The notes under the pieces: generated by a model
Told to the model about the DNA's origin: nothing
The model's input: only the letters and a program-made list of their open reading frames with translations
Database searches by the model: none
Translations under genes and position numbers: made by a program
Assembly (NCBI GenBank): GCA_963700255.1
Contig: CAVOWW010000029.1
Coordinates: 47,721 to 111,720, forward strand
DNA: 64,000 bases
DNA from: an uncultured bacterium
GTDB lineage: Bacteria > Actinomycetota > Actinomycetes > S36-B12
Direction: 5' to 3'
Shown here: piece by piece, positions 9,394 through 19,247 of the stretch
Layout: every line of letters starts with the position of its first letter
Numbering within the stretch: position 1 is the first letter of the stretch

Positions 9394-9623
9394 CTCTCCA
9401 CCCTGTGTCGAGGGTCCCTCATGCGCTGGTCCGAACCTCAGCGGGAGGTTGAGACTTTGCTCCGCGACACGCCGCGACCGACGATTGCCTCGCGGCTGCC
9501 ACCTCCCTAACGTCGGCACCGCAGGGCAGTTGATCGCTCGGTACAGGCAATGATCGCGTGGCGGCTACGCTGGGCGCGGTCAGCGGTGGGAGTCCCACGG
9601 GACCCCGATGGCAGGAGGCGGAC

Positions 9624-10226
9624 GTGACCCTTGAGGGGATGACCTCGCAGGCTTCGGCGAAGACGGCCGGGGCAGTCGACATCCAGGCGCAGGGAGTCCT
9701 CTTCGACGAGTCGACCCTTCGGCCCCTGCCGGCCAACATCGGCTACCGCGGTCCGGTGGCGTGCGCCGCAGCCGGGATCACCTACCGGCAGCTGGACTAC
9801 TGGGCCCGGACCGGGCTCGTCATGCCGTCGGTGCGAGGGGCGGCCGGCTCCGGCACCCAGCGCCTGTACGGCTTCCGCGACATCCTCGTGCTGCGCATCG
9901 TCAAGCGGCTGATCGACACCGGCGTGTCCCTGCCGAACATCCGCGCGGCCGTCGACCACCTGTCGACCCGCAACGGCGAGGACCTCGCGGGACTGACCAT
10001 CATGAGCGACGGCGCCAGCATCTACGAGTGCCGCAGCGCCGACGAGGTCGTCGACCTGGTGCGTGGTGGTCAGGGCGTGTTCGGGATCGCCGTCGGGAGC
10101 GTCTGGCGCGAGGTCGAGGGCACGCTTGCGACCCTGCCCGGCGAGGCGCCCGAGGGTGGCGTCATCGAGGCTCCCTCGGCCCGCGACGAGCTCGCCGCAC
10201 GACGCGCGCGCCGCACGGCCGTCTGA
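9624..10226 (+). CDS. MerR family transcriptional regulator
   Basis: HTH ITYRQLDYWARTGLVMPSVRGAAGSGTQRLYGFRDILVLRIVKRLIDTGVSL. Start placed at in-frame GTG 9624, which lies 5 nt after AGGAGG. ATG 9639 is an alternative. Confidence 0.8.
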   Translation: MTLEGMTSQASAKTAGAVDIQAQGVLFDESTLRPLPANIGYRGPVACAAAGITYRQLDYWARTGLVMPSVRGAAGSGTQRLYGFRDILVLRIVKRLIDTGVSLPNIRAAVDHLSTRNGEDLAGLTIMSDGASIYECRSADEVVDLVRGGQGVFGIAVGSVWREVEGTLATLPGEAPEGGVIEAPSARDELAARRARRTAV

Positions 10227-10289
10227 CTGACGCGCGAGTGCTGCCGGGCTGATCGTGCCCGGACGGGCTAGCATGACCCCGCTGACAGA

Positions 10290-10480
10290 TTCCGAGCGGG
10301 AGAGTCCTGGGCAACCAGGCGCCGAAGGAGCAAACTCCCCGACAACCTCTCAGGCATCAGGACCGCTCGGAAGAGGCACCTCTGGAAAGCGGGATCGAAC
10401 CGATCCCCACCGACGGTGAAAGCCGGGTTCGCCCGGTGAAGCTCTCAGGTCGCGCGGCTGCGCGGAAAACAGAGGGGGAG
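10290..10480 (+). promoter_or_regulatory. tandem glycine riboswitch (two aptamers) upstream of gcvP
   Basis: Aptamer 1: CCGAGCGGGAGAG...CGCCGAAGGAGCAA...CUCUCAGGCAUCAGGACCGCUCGG, with P1 closing 10292-10299 against 10363-10370. Aptamer 2: CCUCUGGAAAG...CACCGACGGUGAAA...CUCUCAGGU...GAAAACAGAGG, with P1 closing 10379-10384 against 10470-10475. Confidence 0.85.
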
Positions 10481-10544
10481 AGCGGTCACGACCGTGGCCG
10501 TTCACGTGCGTATGCCCCGGCATACCCGGCCCCTGAGGTGCGTC

Positions 10545-13417
<2,873 letters not shown>

Positions 13418-13421
<4 letters not shown>

Positions 13422-13834
13422 TCGCCGTCTTCGACATCGACGGTGTCCTGGCCGACCCCGAGCATCGTCAGCACCACGTGGCGAGCCGGCCGAAGGACTG
13501 GGACGCCTTCTTCGCGGCGGTCGGCGGCGACGACGTCATCGTGGCGGGGCGCGACCGCCTGCGGGAGCTGGCGGCCGACCACGAGGTGGTGCTCCTCTCG
13601 GGTCGCCCGGAGAGCACGAGGGCCGACACGGAGGCCTGGCTCGCCCGGCACGGGATCGACGTGTCCAGGCTGGTCCTGCGTCGTGACAGTGACCACCGGC
13701 CGGCGGCGCAGGTGAAGGCGGAGCTGATCGTCGGCATCGGCAGCCCGGCCGACGTCGCCGTCGTGATCGACGACGACGAGTCGGTGACCACCCGACTGGC
13801 AGCAAGCGGTTACACGACGGAGCTCGTCCGCTAG
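13418..13834 (+). CDS. HAD-superfamily phosphatase-like protein
   Basis: GTG 13418 overlaps the gcvP TGA (GTGA). Motif I FDIDGVL, motif II LLSGR, a Lys in AAQVKAEL, motif IV VVIDDDE. About 138 aa. In the ORF track it is fused to the gcvP middle segment. Confidence 0.6.
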
Positions 13835-13866
13835 CCTGAGCCCACACACCCTAGGAAAGGCAACAC

Positions 13867-14235
13867 ATGGACACCCTGTGGACTCTCGTCTACATCTTCT
13901 TCATGATCATCTTCTTCATGATCTTCTTCATGGTGATCATGGACCTGTTCAGCGATCACACGCTGGGCGGCGGCGCCAAGGCCGTCTGGATCATCTTCCT
14001 CATCCTGTTCCCGCCGATCACGGTCCTCGTGTACCTGATCGCTCGCGGCAAGAGCATGGGCGAGCGTCGTCAGAAGCAGATGGAGGCCGCGCAGCAGGCG
14101 CAGAAGGCCTACATCCAGTCGGCGGTCGGCAGTGTCTCGCCGGCGGACCAGATCGCCTCGGCTAAGGCGCTCCTCGACGCGGGCACCATCACGCAGGCCG
14201 AGTTCGATTCGCTCAAGGCGAAGGCCCTCGCCTAA
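13867..14235 (+). CDS. PLDc_N domain membrane protein with C-terminal SHOCT domain
   Basis: Two TM helices (WTLVYIFFMIIFFMIFFMVIM; AVWIIFLILFPPITVLVYLIARGK). C-terminal DQIASAKALLDAGTITQAEFDSLKAKAL is SHOCT-like. Confidence 0.75.
   Translation: MDTLWTLVYIFFMIIFFMIFFMVIMDLFSDHTLGGGAKAVWIIFLILFPPITVLVYLIARGKSMGERRQKQMEAAQQAQKAYIQSAVGSVSPADQIASAKALLDAGTITQAEFDSLKAKALA
13894..13932 (+). repeat. in-frame 12-nt tandem repeat ATCTTCTTCATG x3 (one extra ATC after copy 1)
   Basis: Read directly: copies at 13894-13905, 13909-13920 and 13921-13932. They encode IFFM-I-IFFM-IFFM in the first TM helix. Confidence 0.9.
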
Positions 14236-14246
14236 GTCGCAGCACC

Positions 14247-14283
14247 CAGTGGGCCCCACCGTCTCGTACGGTGGGGCCCACTG
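14247..14283 (+). terminator. strong hairpin downstream of the PLDc_N/SHOCT gene
   Basis: CAGTGGGCCCCACCG (14247-14261), loop tctcgta, CGGTGGGGCCCACTG (14269-14283). This is a perfect 15-bp stem 12 nt after the TAA. No clear U-tract follows. Confidence 0.65.
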
Positions 14284-14303
14284 CTCGTTCCGGAGGTGAG
14301 CGC

Positions 14304-15295
14304 ATGGAGACCCTGCTGATCCTCGGCGGCACCGCATGGCTCGGGCGCGAGCTCGCCCGGCAGGCGGCGGCAGCCGGGGTGGCCGTCACGTGCCTCGCCC
14401 GTGGTGACTCCGGGCCGGTGGCGGACGGCGTGACCCTCGTGAGGGCCGATCGGTCCCAGCCCGGCGCGTACGACCGCGTTCGGGGCACGTCCTGGGATGC
14501 CGTCATCGACGTGTCGTGGCAGCCGGACCAGGTGCGCTCCGCCACCGAGGCCCTCGCAGAGGTCGCGGCCCACTGGGTCTACGTGTCGTCGGGCTCCGTC
14601 TACGCGGACACGGCGACACCCGGTGCGGACGAGGATGCCGAGCTGCTGACGCCGCTGCTGTCGGGGCCTGCGTCGATGGAGCAGTACGGCGAGGCGAAGG
14701 TCGGGTGCGAGACCCTGGTGACCGATCGGCTGGGCGAGGAACGATCATTGCTCGCCCGCGTCGGGCTCATCGGCGGCCCGGGCGATCCCAGCGACCGCTT
14801 CGGCTACTGGGTGTCGCGCTTCGCACTCGCGGGCAGCGACGCGGTTCTCGTTCCTGTCTCGCCGGACCTCTCGACCCAGGTGATCGACGTCCGCGACCTG
14901 GCCGCCTTCCTGCTCGCATGCGGCGACCGAGCCACGAGTGGCCCGGTGAACATCTCAGGGGAGTGCCTGCCGTTCCCGGCGTCGTCGACGGCCAGCGCCG
15001 AGGCGCCGGGTTCACCGGGACCGCGTGCCGGTGGAGCCGGAGTGGCTGGGCGAGCATGACGTGCAGCCGTGGGCGGGGCCTCGATCCCTGCCGCTGTGGC
15101 TGCCCCTGCCCGAGTACGCCGGGTTCGGCAGCAGGTCCACCGCCCGGGCGCTCGACCTCGGCCTGCAGCGCCGGCCGCTGGCGACCACCCTCGTCGGACG
15201 TCCTCGAGGACGAGCGGTCCCGTGGGCTGGATCGGCCACGTCGCGCGGGCCTGTCCCGCGCCGAGGAGCGCGACCTCCTCGCGCAGGTTAGGTAA
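14304..15295 (+). pseudogene. NAD-dependent epimerase/dehydratase (SDR) family gene with three single-base indels
   Basis: Start ATG 14304 after GGAGGTG. Rossmann LILGGTAWLGREL. The conserved C-terminal sequence continues across frames: ...GECLPFP | GVVDGQRRGAGFTGTA | VPVEPEWLGEHDVQPWAGPRSLPLWLPLPEYAGF...RPLATTLV | DVLEDERSRGLDRPRRAGLSRAEERDLLAQVR, stop 15293-15295. Confidence 0.75.
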
Positions 15296-15301
15296 CCCTA
15301 A
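15283..15301. promoter_or_regulatory. candidate DtxR/IdeR-type iron box upstream of feoAB
   Basis: GCAGGTTAGGTAACCCTAA matches 14 of 19 positions of TTAGGTTAGGCTAACCTAA by my count. It ends 3 nt before the feoAB GTG. Confidence 0.45.
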
Positions 15302-15303
15302 CT

Positions 15304-17502
15304 GTGACTGGTAGCCTCCCAGCCGTGACGCCAGGAGACCCGAGGTCGGTCCGGGACCTGGCCGTGGGGGAGTCCGGCATCCTGGGCGTGCCTGACGTCG
15401 ATCGCGCACAGCGGATCCGCCTCGCCGAGCTGGGCCTGCGACCGGGGCAGCCGATCACCGTGGTCCAGCGCGGGGTCGGGGGAGCGCGCATCGTCTCCGT
15501 GGCCGACTCACGGATCGCCCTCGACGCTCGCACGGCGGGCTGCATCCCGGTCTCGACGGGCCCGAGCGTCATGAGCGGCACGGTCCCGTCCTGTCATAGC
15601 GATGGCGGCGGCATCGCCGCTCCCGCGGGCACCCCGGTCGTGGCGCTCGCGGGCGCCCCCAACGTGGGCAAGTCCACGCTGTTCAACCGTCTGACAGGCG
15701 CGCGGCGCGACGTCGGCAACTGGCCCGGCACGACCGTCGAGGTCGGCCGGGGTCTCATGGACGACGGGGTCCGCCGCTTCGACGTGATCGACCTTCCGGG
15801 CGCGTACAGCCTGGACCCGCTGTCCCCGGACGAGGCGCTCACCCGCGCCCTCCTCGTCGACGTCCCGCCGCACGAGCGTCCCGAGCTGGTGGTGGTCATC
15901 GCCGACGCCGGTCGGCTCTCCCGGTCCCTCTACCTCGTCCGGCAGCTGCGCGAGACCGACCAGCGGATGGTGGTCGCACTGACGATGGGCGACATCGCCG
16001 AGCGGCAGGGCGTGAACGTCGACCTCGATGCCCTCGTCGCGTTCCTGGGCGTGCCGGTCGTTCTCATCGATCCCCGCCACCACCAGGGCCGCACCGGACT
16101 GCTGGAGGCGCTGGACCGCGCTCTCGCGGCCCCACGTCCGCCGGTCCTGCCGCGTCCTGAGGTCACCGGGGAGTTCGACCTCGCCGACGAGCGGTTCACC
16201 TGGATCGACGAGGCGGTGCGTCTCGCGGTCCACCGCACCGACGAGCGCCGGGTGCGATGGTCGGACCGCTTCGACCGGCTCGCGCTGTCGTCGCTGTGGG
16301 GCCCGCTGCTCTTCCTCGCCGCGATGTGGGCGGTGTTCCAGCTCACGACCACGGTGGCGGCGCCACTCCAGGAGGGACTGGACTGGTTCTTCAGCGGCCC
16401 GGTGACCACGGTCGCAGTCGCCCTGCTCGGGCTCGTCGGGCTGGACGACACCTGGGTGCGCAGCCTCGTCGTGGACGGCCTGATCGCAGGCGTGGGCATG
16501 CTCCTCACGTTCGTGCCGCTCATGGCGATCATGTTCGCCCTGCTGGCGTTGCTCGAGGACAGCGGCTATCTGGCTCGCGCCGCGGTCGTGGCGGACCGGC
16601 TCATGCGGGCCATCGGCCTGCCAGGGAGGGCGTTCCTGCCCCTGATCGTGGGCTTCGGGTGCAACGTCCCGGCCATCAGCGCCACCCGCATCCTCCCCAA
16701 CGCCCGGCACCGGATCCTCACGGCACTGCTGGTCCCGTTCACCTCCTGCAGCGCCCGACTGACCGTCTACGTCCTCGTCGCGTCGATCTTCTTCCCGGAC
16801 AACGCCGGCTCGGTCGTCTTCGCCCTGTACGTCATCAGCATCGTCTTCGTCGTCGTCGTCGGACTGGCCCTGCGCAGCACCCTGTGGCGCAGCGTCGGCA
16901 GCGAGGCCCTCGTCATCGACCTGCCGCCGTACCAGCGGCCGACGGCGCGGCTGACGGCTGCCGTGACATGGCTCCGCCTGAGCGGCTTCCTGCGCACGGC
17001 CAGCGGCATCATCGTCGCGACGGTCGCGGCAGTGTGGTTCCTCCAGGCGATCCCCGCGGCACCCGGCTACTCGTTCGGCGAGGTCCCGGTGCAGGAGAGC
17101 CTCTACGCCCGTACCGCGCAGGCGGTCGCGCCGGTCTTCACCCCAGCCGGCTTCGGCACGTGGGAGACCACCAGCGCGCTGATCGTGGGCTTCGTCGCGA
17201 AGGAGGCGGTCATCTCCTCCTGGGCACAGACCTACTCGGCAGAGGAGCCGGGCACCTCGGAGGAGCCGGGGACGCTGGGGGAGTTCGTGCGGGCCGACTT
17301 CGAGGAGAGCTCCGGCGGCCACACCTCCGCCGCCGTCTGGGCCTTCCTGGTCTTCCTGCTCGCGTACACGCCGTGCGTCGCCACCCTCGCCGCGCAGCGT
17401 CGTGAGATCGGCATGCGCTGGACCGTGTTCGGCATCGCCATGCAGCTCTCGGTGGCGTGGGTCGTGGCCGTCGCCATCTTCCAGATCGGATCGCGACTGT
17501 GA
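15304..17502 (+). CDS. feoB: ferrous iron transporter, FeoA-FeoB fusion
   Basis: 732 aa. N-terminal FeoA-like segment (GESGILGV...LAELGLRPGQPITVV), G-domain GAPNVGKSTLFN / DLPG, and a long polytopic C-terminal permease. Confidence 0.9.
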   Translation: MTGSLPAVTPGDPRSVRDLAVGESGILGVPDVDRAQRIRLAELGLRPGQPITVVQRGVGGARIVSVADSRIALDARTAGCIPVSTGPSVMSGTVPSCHSDGGGIAAPAGTPVVALAGAPNVGKSTLFNRLTGARRDVGNWPGTTVEVGRGLMDDGVRRFDVIDLPGAYSLDPLSPDEALTRALLVDVPPHERPELVVVIADAGRLSRSLYLVRQLRETDQRMVVALTMGDIAERQGVNVDLDALVAFLGVPVVLIDPRHHQGRTGLLEALDRALAAPRPPVLPRPEVTGEFDLADERFTWIDEAVRLAVHRTDERRVRWSDRFDRLALSSLWGPLLFLAAMWAVFQLTTTVAAPLQEGLDWFFSGPVTTVAVALLGLVGLDDTWVRSLVVDGLIAGVGMLLTFVPLMAIMFALLALLEDSGYLARAAVVADRLMRAIGLPGRAFLPLIVGFGCNVPAISATRILPNARHRILTALLVPFTSCSARLTVYVLVASIFFPDNAGSVVFALYVISIVFVVVVGLALRSTLWRSVGSEALVIDLPPYQRPTARLTAAVTWLRLSGFLRTASGIIVATVAAVWFLQAIPAAPGYSFGEVPVQESLYARTAQAVAPVFTPAGFGTWETTSALIVGFVAKEAVISSWAQTYSAEEPGTSEEPGTLGEFVRADFEESSGGHTSAAVWAFLVFLLAYTPCVATLAAQRREIGMRWTVFGIAMQLSVAWVVAVAIFQIGSRL

Positions 17503-17777
17503 CCAGCCCGCTGAGCCAGGTCCTTGCCGCCGTGGAGGCCGGCGTGACGACCCGAGGCGCCATCGCCGATCGCACGGGCCTCGACCCGGACGTCGTGGAC
17601 GGCGCCGTGGACCATCTGCTGCGCCTCGGCCGCATCGCCACGCCGACCCTGCGTACGGCCTGTCCCGACGGGGGATGCGCGGGCTGCGGGTCGGTCACCG
17701 GCTCAGGATGCTCGACTCCAGCAGCGACCGGGCCGGTAGGAGTGACGGTCCGTACCAGGTCAGCAACCGACCGCTGA
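17499..17777 (+). CDS. feoC: FeoC-like winged-helix protein
   Basis: GTGA overlap with the feoB stop. SQVLAAVEAGVTTRGAIADRTGLDPDVVDGAVDHLLRLGRI followed by a Cys cluster CPDGGCAGCGSVTGSGC. The 3' end overlaps the convergent gene, so the exact C-terminus is uncertain. Confidence 0.55.
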   Translation: MTSPLSQVLAAVEAGVTTRGAIADRTGLDPDVVDGAVDHLLRLGRIATPTLRTACPDGGCAGCGSVTGSGCSTPAATGPVGVTVRTRSATDR

Positions 17778-18456
17778 CGAACGCCGTGGGCGTGCCGACA
17801 AACGCCTCCGGGCCGTCGGTCGGAGTGAACATGTAGGGCTCGTCGGGAAGCAGCACGAGATCGACTCCCATCGACTCGACCTGCTCGACGGTCACGGTGG
17901 GGTAGCGGTCGGCGGAGTCGTGGAAGGCGTTGACGCACCCGAGCCGCACGAGCATGTCGTCGGCGAACGTGTCGCCGCCGACGACCATCCACGGGTCACG
18001 CCAGATGGCGACGGCGACGCGGGGCCCTCCGGGGGCCGGGGGAGCGGCCCACCTGAGGCGTGCCTCCGGCAGCCAGCCGGGCACCTCCCAGCCCAGGGCC
18101 AGTTCGAACAGGCGTTCGATCGAGTCGAACGCCCCGTCGACGGACCGGATCCGGGTCACCCAGACGGGCACACCGGCATCGCGCAGGCGCTGCACGTCGA
18201 GCTCGCGGTTCTCCTCCTGGTTGGCGACGACGAGGTCCGGGGCGAGGTCGATGATCGCCCTGGTGTCGGGATTCTTGGTGCCGCGGATGCGGACGACGTC
18301 GAGGTCGGCCGGCTGCGTGCACCAGTCGGTCGCGGCGACGATGCGGTCCCGGTGGCTGGACACGAGCGCCTCCGTGAGCGACGGCACGAGGCTGACGACC
18401 CGTCGGGCCGGCCGCGGCACGTCGACGATGTGCCCGAGGTCGTCCGTGGGGTTCAT
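17695..18456 (-). CDS. TroA-like / cobalamin-binding-like periplasmic-binding-fold protein without signal peptide
   Basis: Start moved to ATG 18456 (MNPTDDLG...). RVVSLVPSLTEAL...DLVVANQEENRE...VPVWV...WMVVGGDTF are typical of the helical-backbone metal receptor (BtuF/TroA-like) fold. Confidence 0.65.
   Translation of the reverse strand: MNPTDDLGHIVDVPRPARRVVSLVPSLTEALVSSHRDRIVAATDWCTQPADLDVVRIRGTKNPDTRAIIDLAPDLVVANQEENRELDVQRLRDAGVPVWVTRIRSVDGAFDSIERLFELALGWEVPGWLPEARLRWAAPPAPGGPRVAVAIWRDPWMVVGGDTFADDMLVRLGCVNAFHDSADRYPTVTVEQVESMGVDLVLLPDEPYMFTPTDGPEAFVGTPTAFVSGRLLTWYGPSLLPARSLLESSILSR
18104..18119. promoter_or_regulatory. exact LexA/SOS-box-type palindrome TCGAAC-N4-GTTCGA (intragenic; function unproven)
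   Basis: TCGAACAGGCGTTCGA read directly. It lies inside codons IERLFE of the TroA-like gene. A further TCGAAC half-site follows at 18125-18130. Confidence 0.3.
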
Positions 18457-18512
18457 GCGCGCCACGCTACCGACCGTCGAGTGGAGGCGCGTGGTCGTGT
18501 CGACGGGGATGG

Positions 18513-18530
18513 GGAGGCCCACCGGCCTCC
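18513..18530 (-). terminator. GC-rich hairpin downstream of the 18570-19223 gene
   Basis: GGAGGCC cacc GGCCTCC, a 7-bp perfect stem, about 40 nt after the TAA at 18570-18572 on the minus strand. No U-tract. Confidence 0.35.
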
Positions 18531-18569
18531 ACTCATCCCGATGGATTGTCATAATGCACATTATCGGCG

Positions 18570-19223
18570 TTATGACGGCTCAGGGATCCGGGCCCGGATG
18601 ACGTCCACGGCCGCAGCCGGGTCGTCGACGCCCAGGCTGATGCCGGTCACCTCCCGACGTCGCCGCCTGAACGGGATGCGGGCCTCGATCGGCGCCAGGA
18701 GCTCGATGTCGACGTTCGTGCCCTGCAGCGGCACGTCGTGCGTGAGCCGGGTGTCGTCGGCGGTGTAGCGGCGGTGGACCGAGGCGTCCTGGATCGCCGT
18801 CCACGGCACCGTGGCGATCGGCAGGTGGCCCCAGCGCAGGACGAGTGCGTCGTCTGTTGCCAGGTGCGGCCTCGTCCGTTCGGCGACCATCCAGACCGCG
18901 ATCCACAGGACCCCGTATGCCGATGCCAGAAGGACCACCAGTCGAAGCCAGGCGAACGAGCCCAGCGCCTCCCACGGGACCAGCAGGTCGACGGCCACCA
19001 GTTCCATCAGCGCGAGACCCGCGAACACGAGCTCCACGGGCAGGCGTCCCTTGGCGTAGGCGATGCCGACCTCGTCGTCCCGGACGTCGCGCCGCCCCGT
19101 TGCGAGCTGCCAGACGGCCTCGAACAGGCGCAGCTCGCCGAAGACGAGGAAGCCGGCCGGCCCGGGCAGGTACGGGCGGGTCGCCGCTTCCCAGCGGTCC
19201 AGTCGGGACACTGGTCGGGGCAC
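18570..19223 (-). CDS. hypothetical membrane protein
   Basis: Start placed at GTG 19223, because the longer ORF-track N-terminus overlaps the divergent gene. Two adjacent TM helices (VELVFAGLALMELVAVDLLV; LRLVVLLASAYGVLWIAVWMV), then a soluble C-terminal domain. No family recognised. Confidence 0.45.
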   Translation of the reverse strand: MPRPVSRLDRWEAATRPYLPGPAGFLVFGELRLFEAVWQLATGRRDVRDDEVGIAYAKGRLPVELVFAGLALMELVAVDLLVPWEALGSFAWLRLVVLLASAYGVLWIAVWMVAERTRPHLATDDALVLRWGHLPIATVPWTAIQDASVHRRYTADDTRLTHDVPLQGTNVDIELLAPIEARIPFRRRRREVTGISLGVDDPAAAVDVIRARIPEPS

Positions 19224-19247
19224 GGTACCTAGGTTAGGTTTCCCTTC

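Noticed and set aside
18457-18569. Possible cobalamin riboswitch upstream of the BtuF/TroA-like gene (also considered for metH at 52280-52328)
   Set aside because: The gaps are only about 113 nt and 49 nt, too short for the element, and I could not find a B12-box-like core.
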